A DNA stretch of 62,235 nt, counting the filler, from Choristocarpus tenellus KU-1152 (lineage: Eukaryota > Protista > Phaeophyceae), in the NCBI GenBank assembly GCA_964200185.2. It is 8 parts of 8 records of this genome, joined end to end, with 100 filler letters (N's around TTAATTAATTAA, not from the genome) between each part and the next. Parts side by side here need not be neighbours in the genome. Positions count along the whole stretch, not along the records: positions 49,626 to 53,779 come from CAXNAD020015947.1; positions 53,880 to 62,235 come from CAXNAD020004816.1; 6 more parts are not named here. One strand, written 5' to 3'. Made by a program: the position numbers and the translations under genes. Positions 49,626 to 62,235 of the stretch are shown piece by piece; position 1 is the first letter of the stretch, and each line of letters starts with the position of its first letter. Under the pieces are notes generated by a model that was not told where the DNA came from, made no database searches, and saw only the letters and a program-made list of their open reading frames with translations.

Positions 49626-52600
49626 TTCTGTTCATCTGCCTTGTTGGGTAGGGATGGGACTGGCAAATGATCCCCAACCCTGTCCCCCTCCCCCTCCCCC
49701 TCGTCTGCAGCAGTCCCCAGCGAGAAAGAAATAGGCATTAAGGAAGTATCTGTCCCTTTAAAGCACACTGGGGCTGGGTCAAGGGTCAAATCTGAAACCC
49801 GAGCGGTTTGCACCTTTGTCAAAGGAGGAGGACTTTCCCCAGCCCTGGGAAACTGCATGATGCTTTCTTCTCCCCACTCATTGAGGATGCCACCTGTCTC
49901 CAAACGAACGTTCTTGAAGGACACCTCACCAGTTACCACTCCACTAGACCTACATGTGCACGAACAATGGTAAGAAAGAGGGCAGGAGGGGGGGGGAGAA
50001 TATGGAAGACATAAGATAAACAACAGAATGATATTATGGTTTAAAAGAACACATGTGAGCTCCAAATACAACATATACCAAACTGTGTGTATTCTGTTTC
50101 AAATAGGAGATCAAATGTGTTAACCCTCGTAAATATGTTCCCTAGACAAAGCCTACATGTAAACACACAGTACAGATACACATCAGGCGTAGGAGGACAT
50201 GGCTCACTAGTAGCAGCTCTCTCTACACACAATTACGATGTGTATTGTACATAACCAAGCACTACATTCATGCATTAAGCACGAAATATGCTTGTCACTT
50301 CAAGAATACAAGAACAATTGCATCCCTGTTCATGTTTTCATTGTGAATGAACTCCTATACTATGCCTATATCAGATACGACACTTCACAGATGCTTTTGA
50401 GGGGGAGAAGAAACATACAAGAGAATAAAACGAACAAAACAACAGAGTGAGTCAAAGCATTTAAAAGGATAAGAGTTTCGTCTGTTCGGAGTCATAAATC
50501 CAATGTTGAGATTTTGATCAATTTTGGCCAACTGGTTTCCTAGCAAGAGTCAATATCCTTGCTCTGTACACATTTTACCTACTCCGAATTCCAAAATGTT
50601 CACACAGAAAACCAAAAAAGGGCATAAAAAGACGTGGAAAGCCAAGTCCCAAATGGACAAACAGGGCAAAACTCCTACCCTCTAAAAAGCTTTGGGTCGA
50701 GTATATATTGCTTGCAACAAAGGTGTTCCTAAACGACAGCTACTGCATAGCAGCAAAAAATACATGAAGGTATGTAATCATTAGCACCATCTCCTTGACT
50801 GTATGTTCACTCACCTCACCACCAGTGTCTCTTGAACGACCATCTTCCCTGAGAATGTGCCTCTAATATTGGCCATGTCTACATGAACATCCCCAGTGAT
50901 GACAGCTCTGAAGGACGAAAGTCATTGCAGTGAGAGGGAGCACAGGTAGGATTGTTGTATGGATGAGGGAAAGGCGTTAGTAGCCTGTGAAAATTACCGT
51001 ATTGTATTCCATGATAATGGATTTACCCAACAAAAACAAATGTATATTTAGTCAGGTCTAGTTTTTTTGGCGTTTTGTCAGACCAGAAGTAAGATTTGAT
51101 GATGCAATTAAGTCTTACGCGAGGCAAATCCCTCCCAGCATGTACCAAAATAGCATTATGGTTGATGAGAAAGAGCAAGCTTTTTGGGAACAAGTCAACA
51201 ACACTGATAGAGATAGCTTGCCTGACTGTACAGTTGTGAAAAAACAGGACATTTATCCTTCTGCTGAACGTGATTTGGAGTGATAACATGAGCAGGTTGG
51301 GAAAGATAACTAGGTGTGTGTTGTAGATGCACCCTGCACTTCCTACTCTCTCTCATGTCTTGTTAGTCAATCTTCATACTCACCTCTGAATTAAGAGTTT
51401 CTGTACATATATGCATGCGAAGGGACTCACAAGAGGTCAATTATATATAAAAACATTCACATTCCCCACTACCTTTGTCTACTTTCCAATCTTCAAAAAA
51501 TGTACTCGAGGTAGTAGGAGAAAGAAAACAAATATGTACCCAGATCAGAAGCAACATTAGAGCATTTTTTATTTTTTCGCTGCCCTCCACCCCCTCCCCC
51601 CTCATCACATCCACTGTTCTGTGTAATCACAGCAGAATGTCATTGCTGCCCCCACCCTCACCCTTCCATCACCATTTCAAATATTTTCTTTAATGAATGC
51701 ATGATTCAGATGTATCATGATGACTCAATCCACACTCACCCCTCCACAAGCTGAAGACATCGGGCCCTCACCCTCCCCTCAAAGTACCCCCTAACTAGGA
51801 GGAAATCTGCTCCAACAATATCACCCCCAGTAAACACAACCCCAGGGCCAATCAGCATCCTTTGTGCCTCTTTTCGACTCGTAGGGCGGGCTGGGGTTGG
51901 TGGGGCACGGACATTAGTCACAGTAACGGTGGTGCCAGTGCCAGCAGGCCTCCCTGCTGCCCCAGTGGTCCCCTGCCGTACTGGTGATAGCATAGAAAGA
52001 GAGGGTGAGAACTTTGCAGGCGTCAAAGAACGGAAGCCCGAGAAAAAACCTGTTCTCTTGGAGGTGCTTGAAGAGGGAGAAGGAGAGCTTATTCTTCCCT
52101 CTCCTCGTTCTGTACTATCATCCTTTACCCTCCTACCAACCCCCATGGGACTTTTCCCTCTGGATTTGGACCTGGACCGCCCTGCACCAGACCAGGTCCA
52201 AGTATGGGACCTGCTCCGGCCCCGACTCCGGCCCCGGGCCCTGGCCCGGTCTCTGCCGACACTGTTAATACAAACACCAGTGTCAGGGGTCTTGGATGAA
52301 TTAATGAAGCTTGTACTTGTAGCACAGCAAGCACTTGGAGTGACTGGACCAACCCCTGCTCCTCCTGCCCATCCCAAACACGTATCTCCTGTGCCTTCAA
52401 TCCCTTTGCCCAATGCAGAAAGGCACAGATCCCCCTCGCTCCATGTGGTCATAGGGGCGCTTACTTGTGGGTCCTGTGTTGTAGTTGGAGTGGTCTCCCC
52501 ACAGCATGTGCTCTCAATGATCGTCTCGATGAAGTCATTGGCATCTATACCTGATAAATTGAAATATTAAAATTGTACAGCAGTTCATTAGAGCATAGAT

Positions 52601-53779
52601 GGATCAAATAAGGATGCTAGAGTGTGTATGTAAGGGAGCACAATATGTCGGATGAATGAGCATCAAGGTCACATAATCTAGAGCTCTACAAGTATACCAT
52701 CCATGTTTTACGCTCAACACCTTACACAAAACCATGCTAGGGTTAGGGCTCTGGTCAGAGAGAAGGGGACCATACTTGTGCTGGAATATGTTATGTGACA
52801 ACTATTGGAATGCAATTTGCAGTGGATTTGCATTTCACAACAATTTTTGGATAGGAGTAATTCACCCACCAAGCAGGCAAATGAGCACAAAACTCGCAAG
52901 TTATTGTGTTGCAAATATGTCAAATATTTTGTGGAAGAGAATGGAGTAGATGTGTAGGCAAAGTGTTTGATTGAGTCGCTTTGTCATTCAATACAAATGT
53001 ATGGTATTTGACCAACGACAATCAATAGGTATAGATTTAGGGTTTAGAGGAGGAAAAATGCGACACAAAATTCCTCAACAACAAATACCAAGCACAAACC
53101 CCACTTTATCAAACCTCTATTGGAGATACCAGTAAACCAGAATTCCACTAATTGAAAACAACAAAAAGTTCATATCGGATGTGATCATAACAAATTCCTT
53201 CCCATAACCCACCTAGCACACTGCATGCTTTGTCAAAGCTCTTCTGAAGATTTCCCTCATCAGATAGTATTGAATGGCCACCACTCTTCACCAAGCTGCA
53301 TAATGGAACATCTTCCTCGGCGTCCATATTTGCTTTTCCAAGTCCTTCTCTGCTCATCTTCTCTTCCTGTCCCTTGTCTGCCTCCACTATATTGTCACCA
53401 GTAGTTGAAGAATTTGCCAACGCACTGTTCACTAATTCCTCTTCCGTAGCTCTGATGCTGACTCCAGCGACTACAGAATTGTTCTCTTTCTTCACCTGGT
53501 ATGTGGCCTCCTCAGCAGCGCCTCCTAACACTTCAGGCGTGCGCTTCTTGACCTCCCCATTATCCATCTCCGTCCCGGTGGGTGGCGCAGTCCCAGGTCT
53601 AGGGGGAAATGGTGGTGGAGTGCAGGAACAGGGAAACTTCTGCCGTCCAGCCAGCGGTGAAAGAAAATTTCCCAATTGGTATGGAGTACTTTCCAACGTA
53701 GTCTCTGTCATTGAATCTCTTTTGGGGGTGGTAATCATCAGGACGGGGGGGGTAGTAGAGGAGTTCCTAACACCTGAGG
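49626..53779 (-). CDS. Bactofilin (polymer-forming cytoskeletal, PF04519-like) domain protein with long low-complexity flanks; exons 53779-53213, 52550-51740, 50907-50815, 49949-49626; open at both ends
   Basis: Splicing gives MLIGPGVVFTGGDIVGADFLLVRGYFEGRVRARCLQLVEG|AVITGDVHVDMANIRGTFSGKMVVQETLVVR|SSGVVTGEVSFKNVRLETGGILN, a full beta-helical bactofilin pattern. Intron phases 1, 2, 2 are compatible. Confidence 0.85.
50453..50694 (+). mobile_element. MITE family A copy (intron of the bactofilin gene)
   Basis: CAAAGCATTTAAAAGGATA...TACCCTCTAAAAAGCTTTG with MITE-A body. Confidence 0.75.
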
Positions 53780-56700
53780 NNNNNNNNNNNNNNNNNNNNN
53801 NNNNNNNNNNNNNNNNNNNNNNNTTAATTAATTAANNNNNNNNNNNNNNNNNNNNNNNNNNNNNNNNNNNNNNNNNNNNGCCCAAATGGTTTCCCTGGTG
53901 TAAGCCCCCCCCCCCCCCCAGGTACTTTGAGCCTGCCCCCCCTCTAAGATACTATTTGTCAAAAGCTGTGAGAGTACATGTGTTTATCTCCTGGAGCACT
54001 TAGTATTTCAGAGCTGTGCATCTTTCACCCCCAAGCATACGCTACCTTACCCCCTGTCCCTGCCCCTCCAATGTACGAAATTTCTCTAACCTTCCCAACG
54101 TCACAAAACCATCCGTGACCAGGGCGATCGATTTGAATCACCATACTACCCCCAGGCGTGGCCCAACCCTCTGCCTTCGGAATTGGCTGTTCTTCATTCA
54201 CACCGCCTTGAGAAGGATACTAACAATGTAGCTATGGTAAAGTTCATGTGGTACATGCTGAAGAAGACCGTGAAGGGATGGCTGGCCAGTGACTGAGTGT
54301 TCTTGTTGACGAAGGATCATGGGTGACAGAATCACACCTGCATGTGACCTATCATGAATTGTGTTGCTAGTGATGTTTGCCTTAGTTGTTTGGCGATACC
54401 TATCTATTGGGTCTATCACGTAACTCAAAGCATCAGGCCCATACAATCGCAGGCTAACGTATTAGTTTGAACAAGGCAACAAACGCCATGTGGGAGAACC
54501 AGAGGGTAGGGGCAGGGGGGTGGTTTAGATTTCTTCATCACGTTTGGGTCACTTCCTTTAGGGTTAAGGAAGAAGATTCCTCTTTCTGAGTGTGTATGTA
54601 GATGTATGTGTGTGTGTCCCTCTTTCCATTCCACCCAGTTCAGTCAGATTTTTGCCTTGCCAAGCATTTATGTGGATCGTGAAACTTTATGCTGTATGCT
54701 CATTCATGACAGAGCCATTTGAAGTAGTGTCCATAACTGTGAGTGTGTAAGGACCCTGTTCTGAAGGCTGTACATAGAGATGAGTGAGTCTTGCAACTGT
54801 GGAGATTTTCGTGGGAGAACAAAAAATATTGACACTTTGCTTAAGGTGTTTGTGTGAGCGGGGCTCTGTAAGAGAAGTATAATATGTGAAGTATATCTTC
54901 ACACTTCATAAGTGTCAATGAAGCAAGTCCGAATTTCATGCATGTGATTTGTGTCAACCATCACAGGAAAAATGTATCCTTTTCTTCTGCATGGATATGA
55001 TGTGATTGATCTGCGTAGTGCTGTGTGGCATGAGGTACTCTAGTTAGCCCAGTAGCCTCACAATGGATGGATGTGAGGGGAACTCCTTGGGAGCAGTTGA
55101 TGAGTAGGTATATGTTCTGTGCGACGATGGGACTGTCGAGACTACAGTGGTCCACGGATTTAGAGGTTCGGAGTTGGTGTTAATGAAGTAGTAATATAGT
55201 TACTACATAAATGTTACACTTTTGAATATACTTTTGCATAGACCAGAATTTTATTGTACGTTTCTCCCTGTTGTGTGACACGGTGTATTTTATATATATA
55301 TATATATGCACATTTTAAGCAATGTTCAGATATTATTAGGCTTCGTGCTCGTCAACTTGAATTGTAGGTAGGTTACTGTTGTGTCTATCTACTGCTCGAA
55401 AGTGTTGTAATCTCTAGAAATACTCTACAGTGGCACGCGCCCCAATTGTGCCCAGACCATAGAACAAAGAGGCAGAACCGTTCGTTGACAAAGTGATAGA
55501 CCAGCAGTTGTCCTGTACAATTTGTAGCATTGTTGTACACACATTCGTGCTTTAATATTCCCCACGTTCGTGGACTCGTAGTACCTTCGTAACCATGTGT
55601 GTGGATTTATGGGGAAAAAAACAGACTATATTATTATTATTGGCTCAATCCTTGGGTGCAAAACCTGAGTCAGACCATGGTAAATAGTTGGGTGTGCACT
55701 CTCTATTTGAAAGCAAGAGGTATGGAGTGAGAGGGTTGAGGAAATCGAAGTTGAAGGATTGATGATGTTGTGGTTTTGAATTAGATGCCGATTTTGACTT
55801 GAGTATGTGTTGTTTATGTAGGGTTGTTGAACTTGATGATCTTCTGCAGTCAGTTGAAGAATGTGCAGGTTCAATCCCAAACAAAGTCACCTCACAACAT
55901 ATATCCACCTGTTGGTTACAAACGCCATCCACGAAGGGGGTTTAGCAGCCCCAGAATACAGTAACCTGGAATAGACCATACTTGACAAAAAGTCTGACCC
56001 TTCACAACTATCGTGTATTATTTATCCTCTTGTGTTGCCCTTAGTCCAACATTTGTGTGTTAAATGAACATATCGGATTAGTGAATAGGAGCTCTTTATG
56101 GAGAAAATCACAGAGAGACACGATGCACTATAGGAGGAAAGGTCGTCGGACCAAAGGAGTGGTCACTTCTAACCTATTAATTGGGAGTATTCGCAAGATT
56201 TAGATACACTACAACCAAGTATTGTAGAGATATCTTTTTCAATACTACTACAAATAAAAGAATATATAACCGAATTGAACTCCTTCAAACATCTAACTCA
56301 CTCAGTATTGTCTCACTCTTCGTCCCTCGCCCCCGCCCACCTCACTATCGTTTGGTCGGTACGAACAATCCTTTCCCGTCATTGTTTCAAGTGTAGTACT
56401 TCCTCTGGTTTACATACCGATTGGTTGAGGTAGGTTGTAGATACACTTGTCTCATACCACAATCCACAACTCTGTGAGAGGAAAAACCACAATATACACC
56501 TGCACAACCCCTGGGCACAGCTGAAAACGTAAACGGCCGAGGCAGTCAGATCAGCAGGAGTCTTGGAAAGGGTTTACAGGGCACAGTTGAGAGATGCAGG
56601 ATCTGAAAGAGCAGTTGCTGTTGCAGGAACTTTGGCGAGACCACACAGAAAAGTCGTAAGTCAGGGGGGACTCGCAGATGCAATGCCCGTTCAGGGCATG

Positions 56701-56970
56701 GAGCACCCCGCAATCGGCTGGTCGTTTTTTTATTACGGGATAGTCCATGCCTTTCATGGCTCATATGCAGTCGTAGTCTTATGTGACTCTCAGCGCCATA
56801 TCCCCTTCATCATCTTGTGGTTGTATTCCATTCCATCTCGCTTTGCAGGTCCCGTTGCACTTCTGTTGCTTGCATGGAAAGGGTAGGATTTTGCATCCCC
56901 AAAATATTTTGGAAGAGCGTTCGTCCAATATCTTCCTGGCCAGCCGAATGGCAGTTCTAGTCCATGCATT

Positions 56971-59900
56971 ATGCCCAACAAGTTCCCCCGTGGCACCACT
57001 TGCCCTATCAGGACCCCGCCATACACGACTTCAATAGCGCCCCCCAGTTCTCCAGAAGATCCAGGAACTCCAATATCACCAACCCTAACAAAGGCTTTCG
57101 AGCTCCTGGAAAAGGTGCCTAATCCATGCCTACGAAGGTCTACGAGGGTAGGTTGACAGAAGGCAGGGTGAAGCTGCTGTCGCCATGTGTTCGTGAACGG
57201 GCGGACTGTTTGGTCCTAGCCGGGCTCACAAGACAGCATTTGTAATGTTCGAGTTTGGAGCTCTGATTGCCTTCATATAGTGTGTGGCAAAGGGATTTCA
57301 TTGCCTGTCTCAACAAAAGGTTTTGTTGTTCCCTGAACCTTTTGTCGCAGAATGCGTATTAATAGAATAACGCGCTGCAGTATCTGAGATGTCAAATATC
57401 GAGATATCACTGTTCCGTTGAGGCAAATGATTGTCAACATGAGAGCGCTCTCAAAATATGGAGTCATCAATTCAAGGAGAAAAATCTGCTTTCTGAGGGT
57501 TTCGAGAGTTATAAGCACAGTAAATGACTACATATAGTGAGTTGACCTCTCTTCTGTCTGTACAGATCCCTGTATGTCGTTTATGGTGTTGCATGCCTAG
57601 CCTGCACCTATTATGCACCACAAATCCTTCCTGAAAGCACTGAAGGCTTGATGCCTTCAGGGCTAAGATTACGTATACAGGACTATAACTGATACTGTTA
57701 AAAACTTATTGATGAAATTGCATACTTGAGTAATTGGATTTAGTACAGGTATATATGAGCCTGAAGCTGTTCTTTCCTTCTTACTATATGGCCTTGTTTC
57801 TCTCAACTTTTTCAGGTCAGAGCTGAGTTTGGGGACAAATCCAAAACTTACTCCGATTTTCTTCACATCCTGAAGTGCTGCAAGGTTGGTGCTGATATTG
57901 GAACAAAGAAAAAAACAAGAGGAAAAAATGGCCCTTATATTGAAGACAGAGTGATACACTCACAACTTCATCTCTTTGATTCTCTCAATCCATAACACAC
58001 ATACGCAACAACCCGATATCCTACGGAGTACAAGAAGTTGGTCGGTCCACAGAATGATACTCTGGGGGCGCATCTAGTAAGGAGGTTGATTTCCCCGAAA
58101 TAAAAATACATATACGTGCAGGTCTGTGTGTTGCGTAACAACGTGTAGAAGTTGTGTTCCATACTAGTACATATTATTGTAAGAATACTCAAAAGAGTAC
58201 AGATTACAGTACACAAAGCGCCCTGCTTGATATTACCCAACTGCTATCCACTTCCTAGAATAGCTCTGTGTGACTCTTATCTCTATGTGCTGATCACTCA
58301 ATTTTGCTTGCGCTTGTGGCCTACCATAGGTGCCTCCAGAAATAAACCACAATGTCTCCAACCTGCGACAGGGGAATATGGACTTAGTCACACGCTTCAA
58401 CCAATTCCTGCCTGAAGAAAGGAAGATAAGCAACACAGACAGCAAGGCAAGCACCGCCTCCAACAAAATAACTGTTAGCAAGCACAGAAAATATCCCCTC
58501 ATGCCTCCTCTTACAAACTCCTTTCAACGCCCATGGTAAGGAAATCGTCATGTTATAGTCCTTGATAAAGCTCCTGGTGCATTTTTGCCTTGGTGTGTAT
58601 TCCAGATAAAGTTAGGAAGTTCAGCACCTGGATCACATAATTGAACTGTACACCAGAGCATCTGATCTTGAAATTGGAAAGACATGACAGGTGGAACTAA
58701 GAATAGAAGTAGCACTCAGTGTAGCTTTCTTTATAACCCAGGAGAAACGCCTACCAAAAGTTGGTACATGCAGCAACCAAATAGTAGGAACAATACACAT
58801 TATTAGTATCTCTAGTATTGACCCATAGCAGCTGAACCCTTGGTTTGCAGAGAGGACTCAATGAAACAAAATTTGTTTGCGTCGATCCCACTGTTCCTGC
58901 GTATCAGTAGAGTCATCTTGAGTTAAGGAGAATTTTGAATGATATCTGAGAAAATTTCCTTCAACTTGGAATTATTTGTGCATGAGGGATCCTCAAATAT
59001 CTAGACTCTGAGCTGGGATGTTACCTCTCCCCTCCTCGCTCCTCATATATGCTAGTGAAATCTGAGTATTCTATGACTTGCATGAGATTTCAAAAGGTAT
59101 TGAGTGATCCGCCACTTTGCTGTTGGTCTCACTGTATTGTGCATACCACTGAACTACAGGCTACTTCCTTGGCCTCTGTGAGGCTGGGGGAGGCAGGAGG
59201 GTCAGTTACCAATGACAAGAATAGTATAGCACAGGACGCACAGCAACAGCAGCAGCCCAAACTCAGGAGTTTTGCACACGTAAGTTCCACGTTGATGATG
59301 AATTATGTGATTAAGTTCTTGATAAGAGCAATGTATACATATATATATATACATGGAAAACATGGGGTGGAAGGTTCATTTGTGTTAGAGTAAATATTAT
59401 TGTCATTTGAGTATATATTGTGTGGGAACCTTTGTGCCCTTGGGTGGTGTGTGTATGAACACATGGGCTTGTGATTCATATATCCAGATATTGAGATGAC
59501 TATATGAGAAAACACTTCAAGAATATTTTTGCACGTAGCACAACTTCTGTGTTCAGAGCATATCAACCTTGTCAAGGGTTTGCATATTATGAGGGAAGTC
59601 ATATGCATACTTGTTATGAGCACAGTGACACATCCATTTTTTAAAAATGATACACATCACCCTCAACTTCACCCTCTAACACCAAAAACAATTTTCCTTC
59701 TTACGCTTCCAACATTGCCCACTTAATCCAGCCAGCTGAGCTGAGGCGTGTGATTAGTTCCATAAGAGCACAGAAGAGGCTGTTCAAGAATGAGTCCCGT
59801 ATGTGCGAGACCTTTGATAGCATACTCCATAACTGCAAGATCGGACTTATCCAAGGCCTACAAGAAGGTATGGGAAAATTGTTTCCATGCCAGTTTCCAC

Positions 59901-62037
59901 GTCAAAGCAGTGAAAGTAGCATGGTGCTTGAGCTTTTGGGTGTTTTTTGCCTGACTGGATTAATTTATATAATGAGAGTCAATGTCTACCCTGGATTCAC
60001 TTTTCTGTTGTCAGAATTTGTTCTTTTTTCACCCTCAAACTTTCAAAAATAGGTATGCTATATGGTTCTATACCGCAAAAGGCCATCAGAACCAATCACT
60101 CTCGTCCTCCTTCTGCCTTTGGCTCCACTCAAATGTATGACGTAGGTAAGAATAAGACTCTAGAAAAGGACCCAGACTCAGGGGGCGGCCAAGCAGGGGC
60201 AGCGCAGAATCATGCTCTACCCCAAAGCCAGCGCATCTCCACACAAGGGCCGACTAAGGAATTGCCAAGATGGCATGGGACCAACTGGAAACCAGGGTAT
60301 TGATTTGACGTGGGGCTTGTTTTTTCATTTTGAAATGGTGGATCAATTTTGCTTTGGATTGTTTATGGTTGCACTAGTTGCACTCTTCTCATATTGGAGA
60401 ATACCATGAATGTATTCAAATTGCTCCCTTCAGTCTTGTTGCGGTATCTCTTCCACAATCCCCACTATTTCGAAGGATATGCTATATTTTAGTGGTAGGA
60501 TGCAGAGGTGGGATGATGCCGTGAGTGCAAGTATCTTGGAGGGTACGAATTTTGCCCTGTTTGTCCATTTGGGACTTGACTTCCCTCAGGGTTTTTTTTA
60601 TGGCATTTTCCTACTCCACAATATTTTGGAGTAGGTAAAATGTATACGTTATGAAAAGGTGTGTCCAGAACAAGGATATTGACTCTTCCTGACAAACACG
60701 ATAGCAAAAATTACATCAAAATCGCAACATTGGATTTCGACCACCAAACGGACGCGACTCTACCCTCTAAAATACTTGGCTCCGTGATATATTTTCAGTA
60801 GCTACCCAAACATTTCTTTATTTCTTATCCTGAATGCTATTATATAAAAAAAAAATTATTGTTGGTGACACTCTCTGTGGCTAGCTGTATAGTTCGTGAT
60901 GGAATTCCCTCCACTGTCTGTCTGTTGAAACACCTTAAATGCTGCATCCACTCTGTTCTATTGATACTGTGCTGGGACTTGGAGTCTCTTTTTTTTCAAG
61001 TATTGGAGGATGATTTATTCCTCAACCCCCACTTTGCATTTACAGGGTTTGCCACACATATGAACTTGTTTTTCCTTGCTCCAAAATTGGTATGTTCACA
61101 CCAATTACATTTGCAGTCATTGATCTCTTTTGAGGTTTATGCATTGATTACTATGAAGGTTACAAAACTAATTTTGAAGGAGGGTCTAGGAAGGGCTTCA
61201 ACAGAAAGAGAGTCAGGAGTTTCTTATTTTGATGGCATTGTTTACTAAATCATTTCCCTGACAATATCTCTTCGAATTCCTCTGGATCAGCCTCATATCC
61301 TATCCTACCTACCCTCGGCTTGCACCTAAACCAAAAAGAGATTTTCCTTGAAATGAGCTACGGTAGAGGTGTGATACATGTTGCAGGATGCGATACAAGG
61401 ACTCTACCACGAAAGCCCTTTCTTAGTCCAAACTACAAGAAATAGCTATGGTACAAGCATCGCATCTTCAAATTCGTACAGGATACAAGGATGTTTTTTT
61501 GCACTGGAACAAAAACATAAGACTGGACCAACGTCCTCATAGATGATACCAGTGCTAATAGAATGACTCCCTGGTAGGGGAGGTTGTAAGATGATGAAGA
61601 TATACTATTGGTCCAATGCAACTTGCAGGCTGTTTTGTTGGAGTGAATGCTACATTTTGCAGAATGTCTTGTATCCACAACTGAATCCGTGCATCTCTCA
61701 CCAACATCTTCTCCTCCTCCCTTGGAACAGAAAGCCCAAGGTTAACTTTTGGGCTACGAAGGGAAAGGGCAAGGACGACAAATGCACCACTAAGTATATC
61801 ACAGAAAAGATCTCAGATGGTGATGAGAAGAGCAGCAAGGGCAGTCTCTTCAAGGTCAAGGACTACAACGGCAAGGCCAAGGGCGTAGAGATGAAGGGTA
61901 TCAAGGAAGGCAAAGAAGAGGAGGTCAAGGTGAGGGGAACCAAGGAAGTTGGGGTGAAGGGTGTGGAGGTGAAGATCATCACTGAAGGCGAGGCAAAGGG
62001 TGAGGGTGACCTTGTGACGATGAAACTCCTGCAGGAG
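56971..62037 (+). CDS. Divergent PAH-domain (Sin3-like) protein; candidate exons 56971-57114, 57816-57884, 58330-58535, 59160-59279, 59732-59867, 60053-60296, 61731-62037
   Basis: AFELLEK|VRAEFGDKSKTYSDFLHILKCCK|..VSNLRQGNMDLVTRFNQFLPE matches the PAH consensus. A second partial PAH-like segment is KRLFKNESRMCETFDSILHNCK. One junction (58535 to 59160) is out of phase. Confidence 0.6.
60528..60778 (-). mobile_element. MITE family A copy
   Basis: AAGTATCTTGGAGGGTA...TACCCTCTAAAATACTT with reverse-oriented body. Confidence 0.85.
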
Positions 62038-62235
62038 GTGAGAGGGGCTTGTACTTACCACTATAGAATGGATTCAAGTCGTGTGTATATTTTCATGTAT
62101 ATTTTGAACTTGTTTATGATCCTGTGCTATTAGTTGTGTTGGGGTGGAGAAATATCGCATAATTAGCCCCCTTTGAGGTGTCCTGTGCAGCGAGTGTGAC
62201 TCAAAGTATCTGGGGGGGGGTGGCGGCCGTCCATT

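Noticed and set aside
51929-52570. 213-aa plus-strand ORF (and 53374-53835)
   Set aside because: Antisense shadows of the low-complexity bactofilin-gene exons.
37043-53779. Apparent clustering of the GT-like gene with bactofilin as a wall-synthesis system
   Set aside because: They lie on different contigs separated by a spacer, so there is no evidence of linkage.

Overview
This is intron-rich eukaryotic nuclear DNA, not prokaryotic. It is probably a stramenopile or brown alga (inferred from gene content, short GT-AG exons in long introns and TTAGGG traces). The window joins 8 contigs through artificial 100-bp spacers (N-run, TTAATTAATTAA, N-run), so adjacency across spacers means nothing. 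Manual splicing supports ten genes or gene fragments: (1) a VHS-domain TOM1-like protein, head-to-head with (2) a TPR protein; (3) the 3' end of an ACAA2-type thiolase; (4) a complete bacterial-type VOC/methylmalonyl-CoA-epimerase-like gene with an N-terminal extension; (5) a complete 2H cyclic phosphodiesterase; (6) a class I SAM methyltransferase; (7) a GGNBP2-like N-terminus; (8) a large type II membrane protein with three glycosyltransferase-like domains and two Cys-rich repeats; (9) a spliced eukaryotic bactofilin; (10) a divergent PAH/Sin3-like gene. Intergenic and intronic DNA is dense in transposon remains: two MITE families sharing CAAAGTATCT termini, a TA-inserting TIR element, a Copia element with an intact TSD nested in an RTE LINE, and older relics. 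The strongest leads are the intron-split bactofilin and the triple-GT-like protein. All homology calls come from recalled motifs, not database searches.
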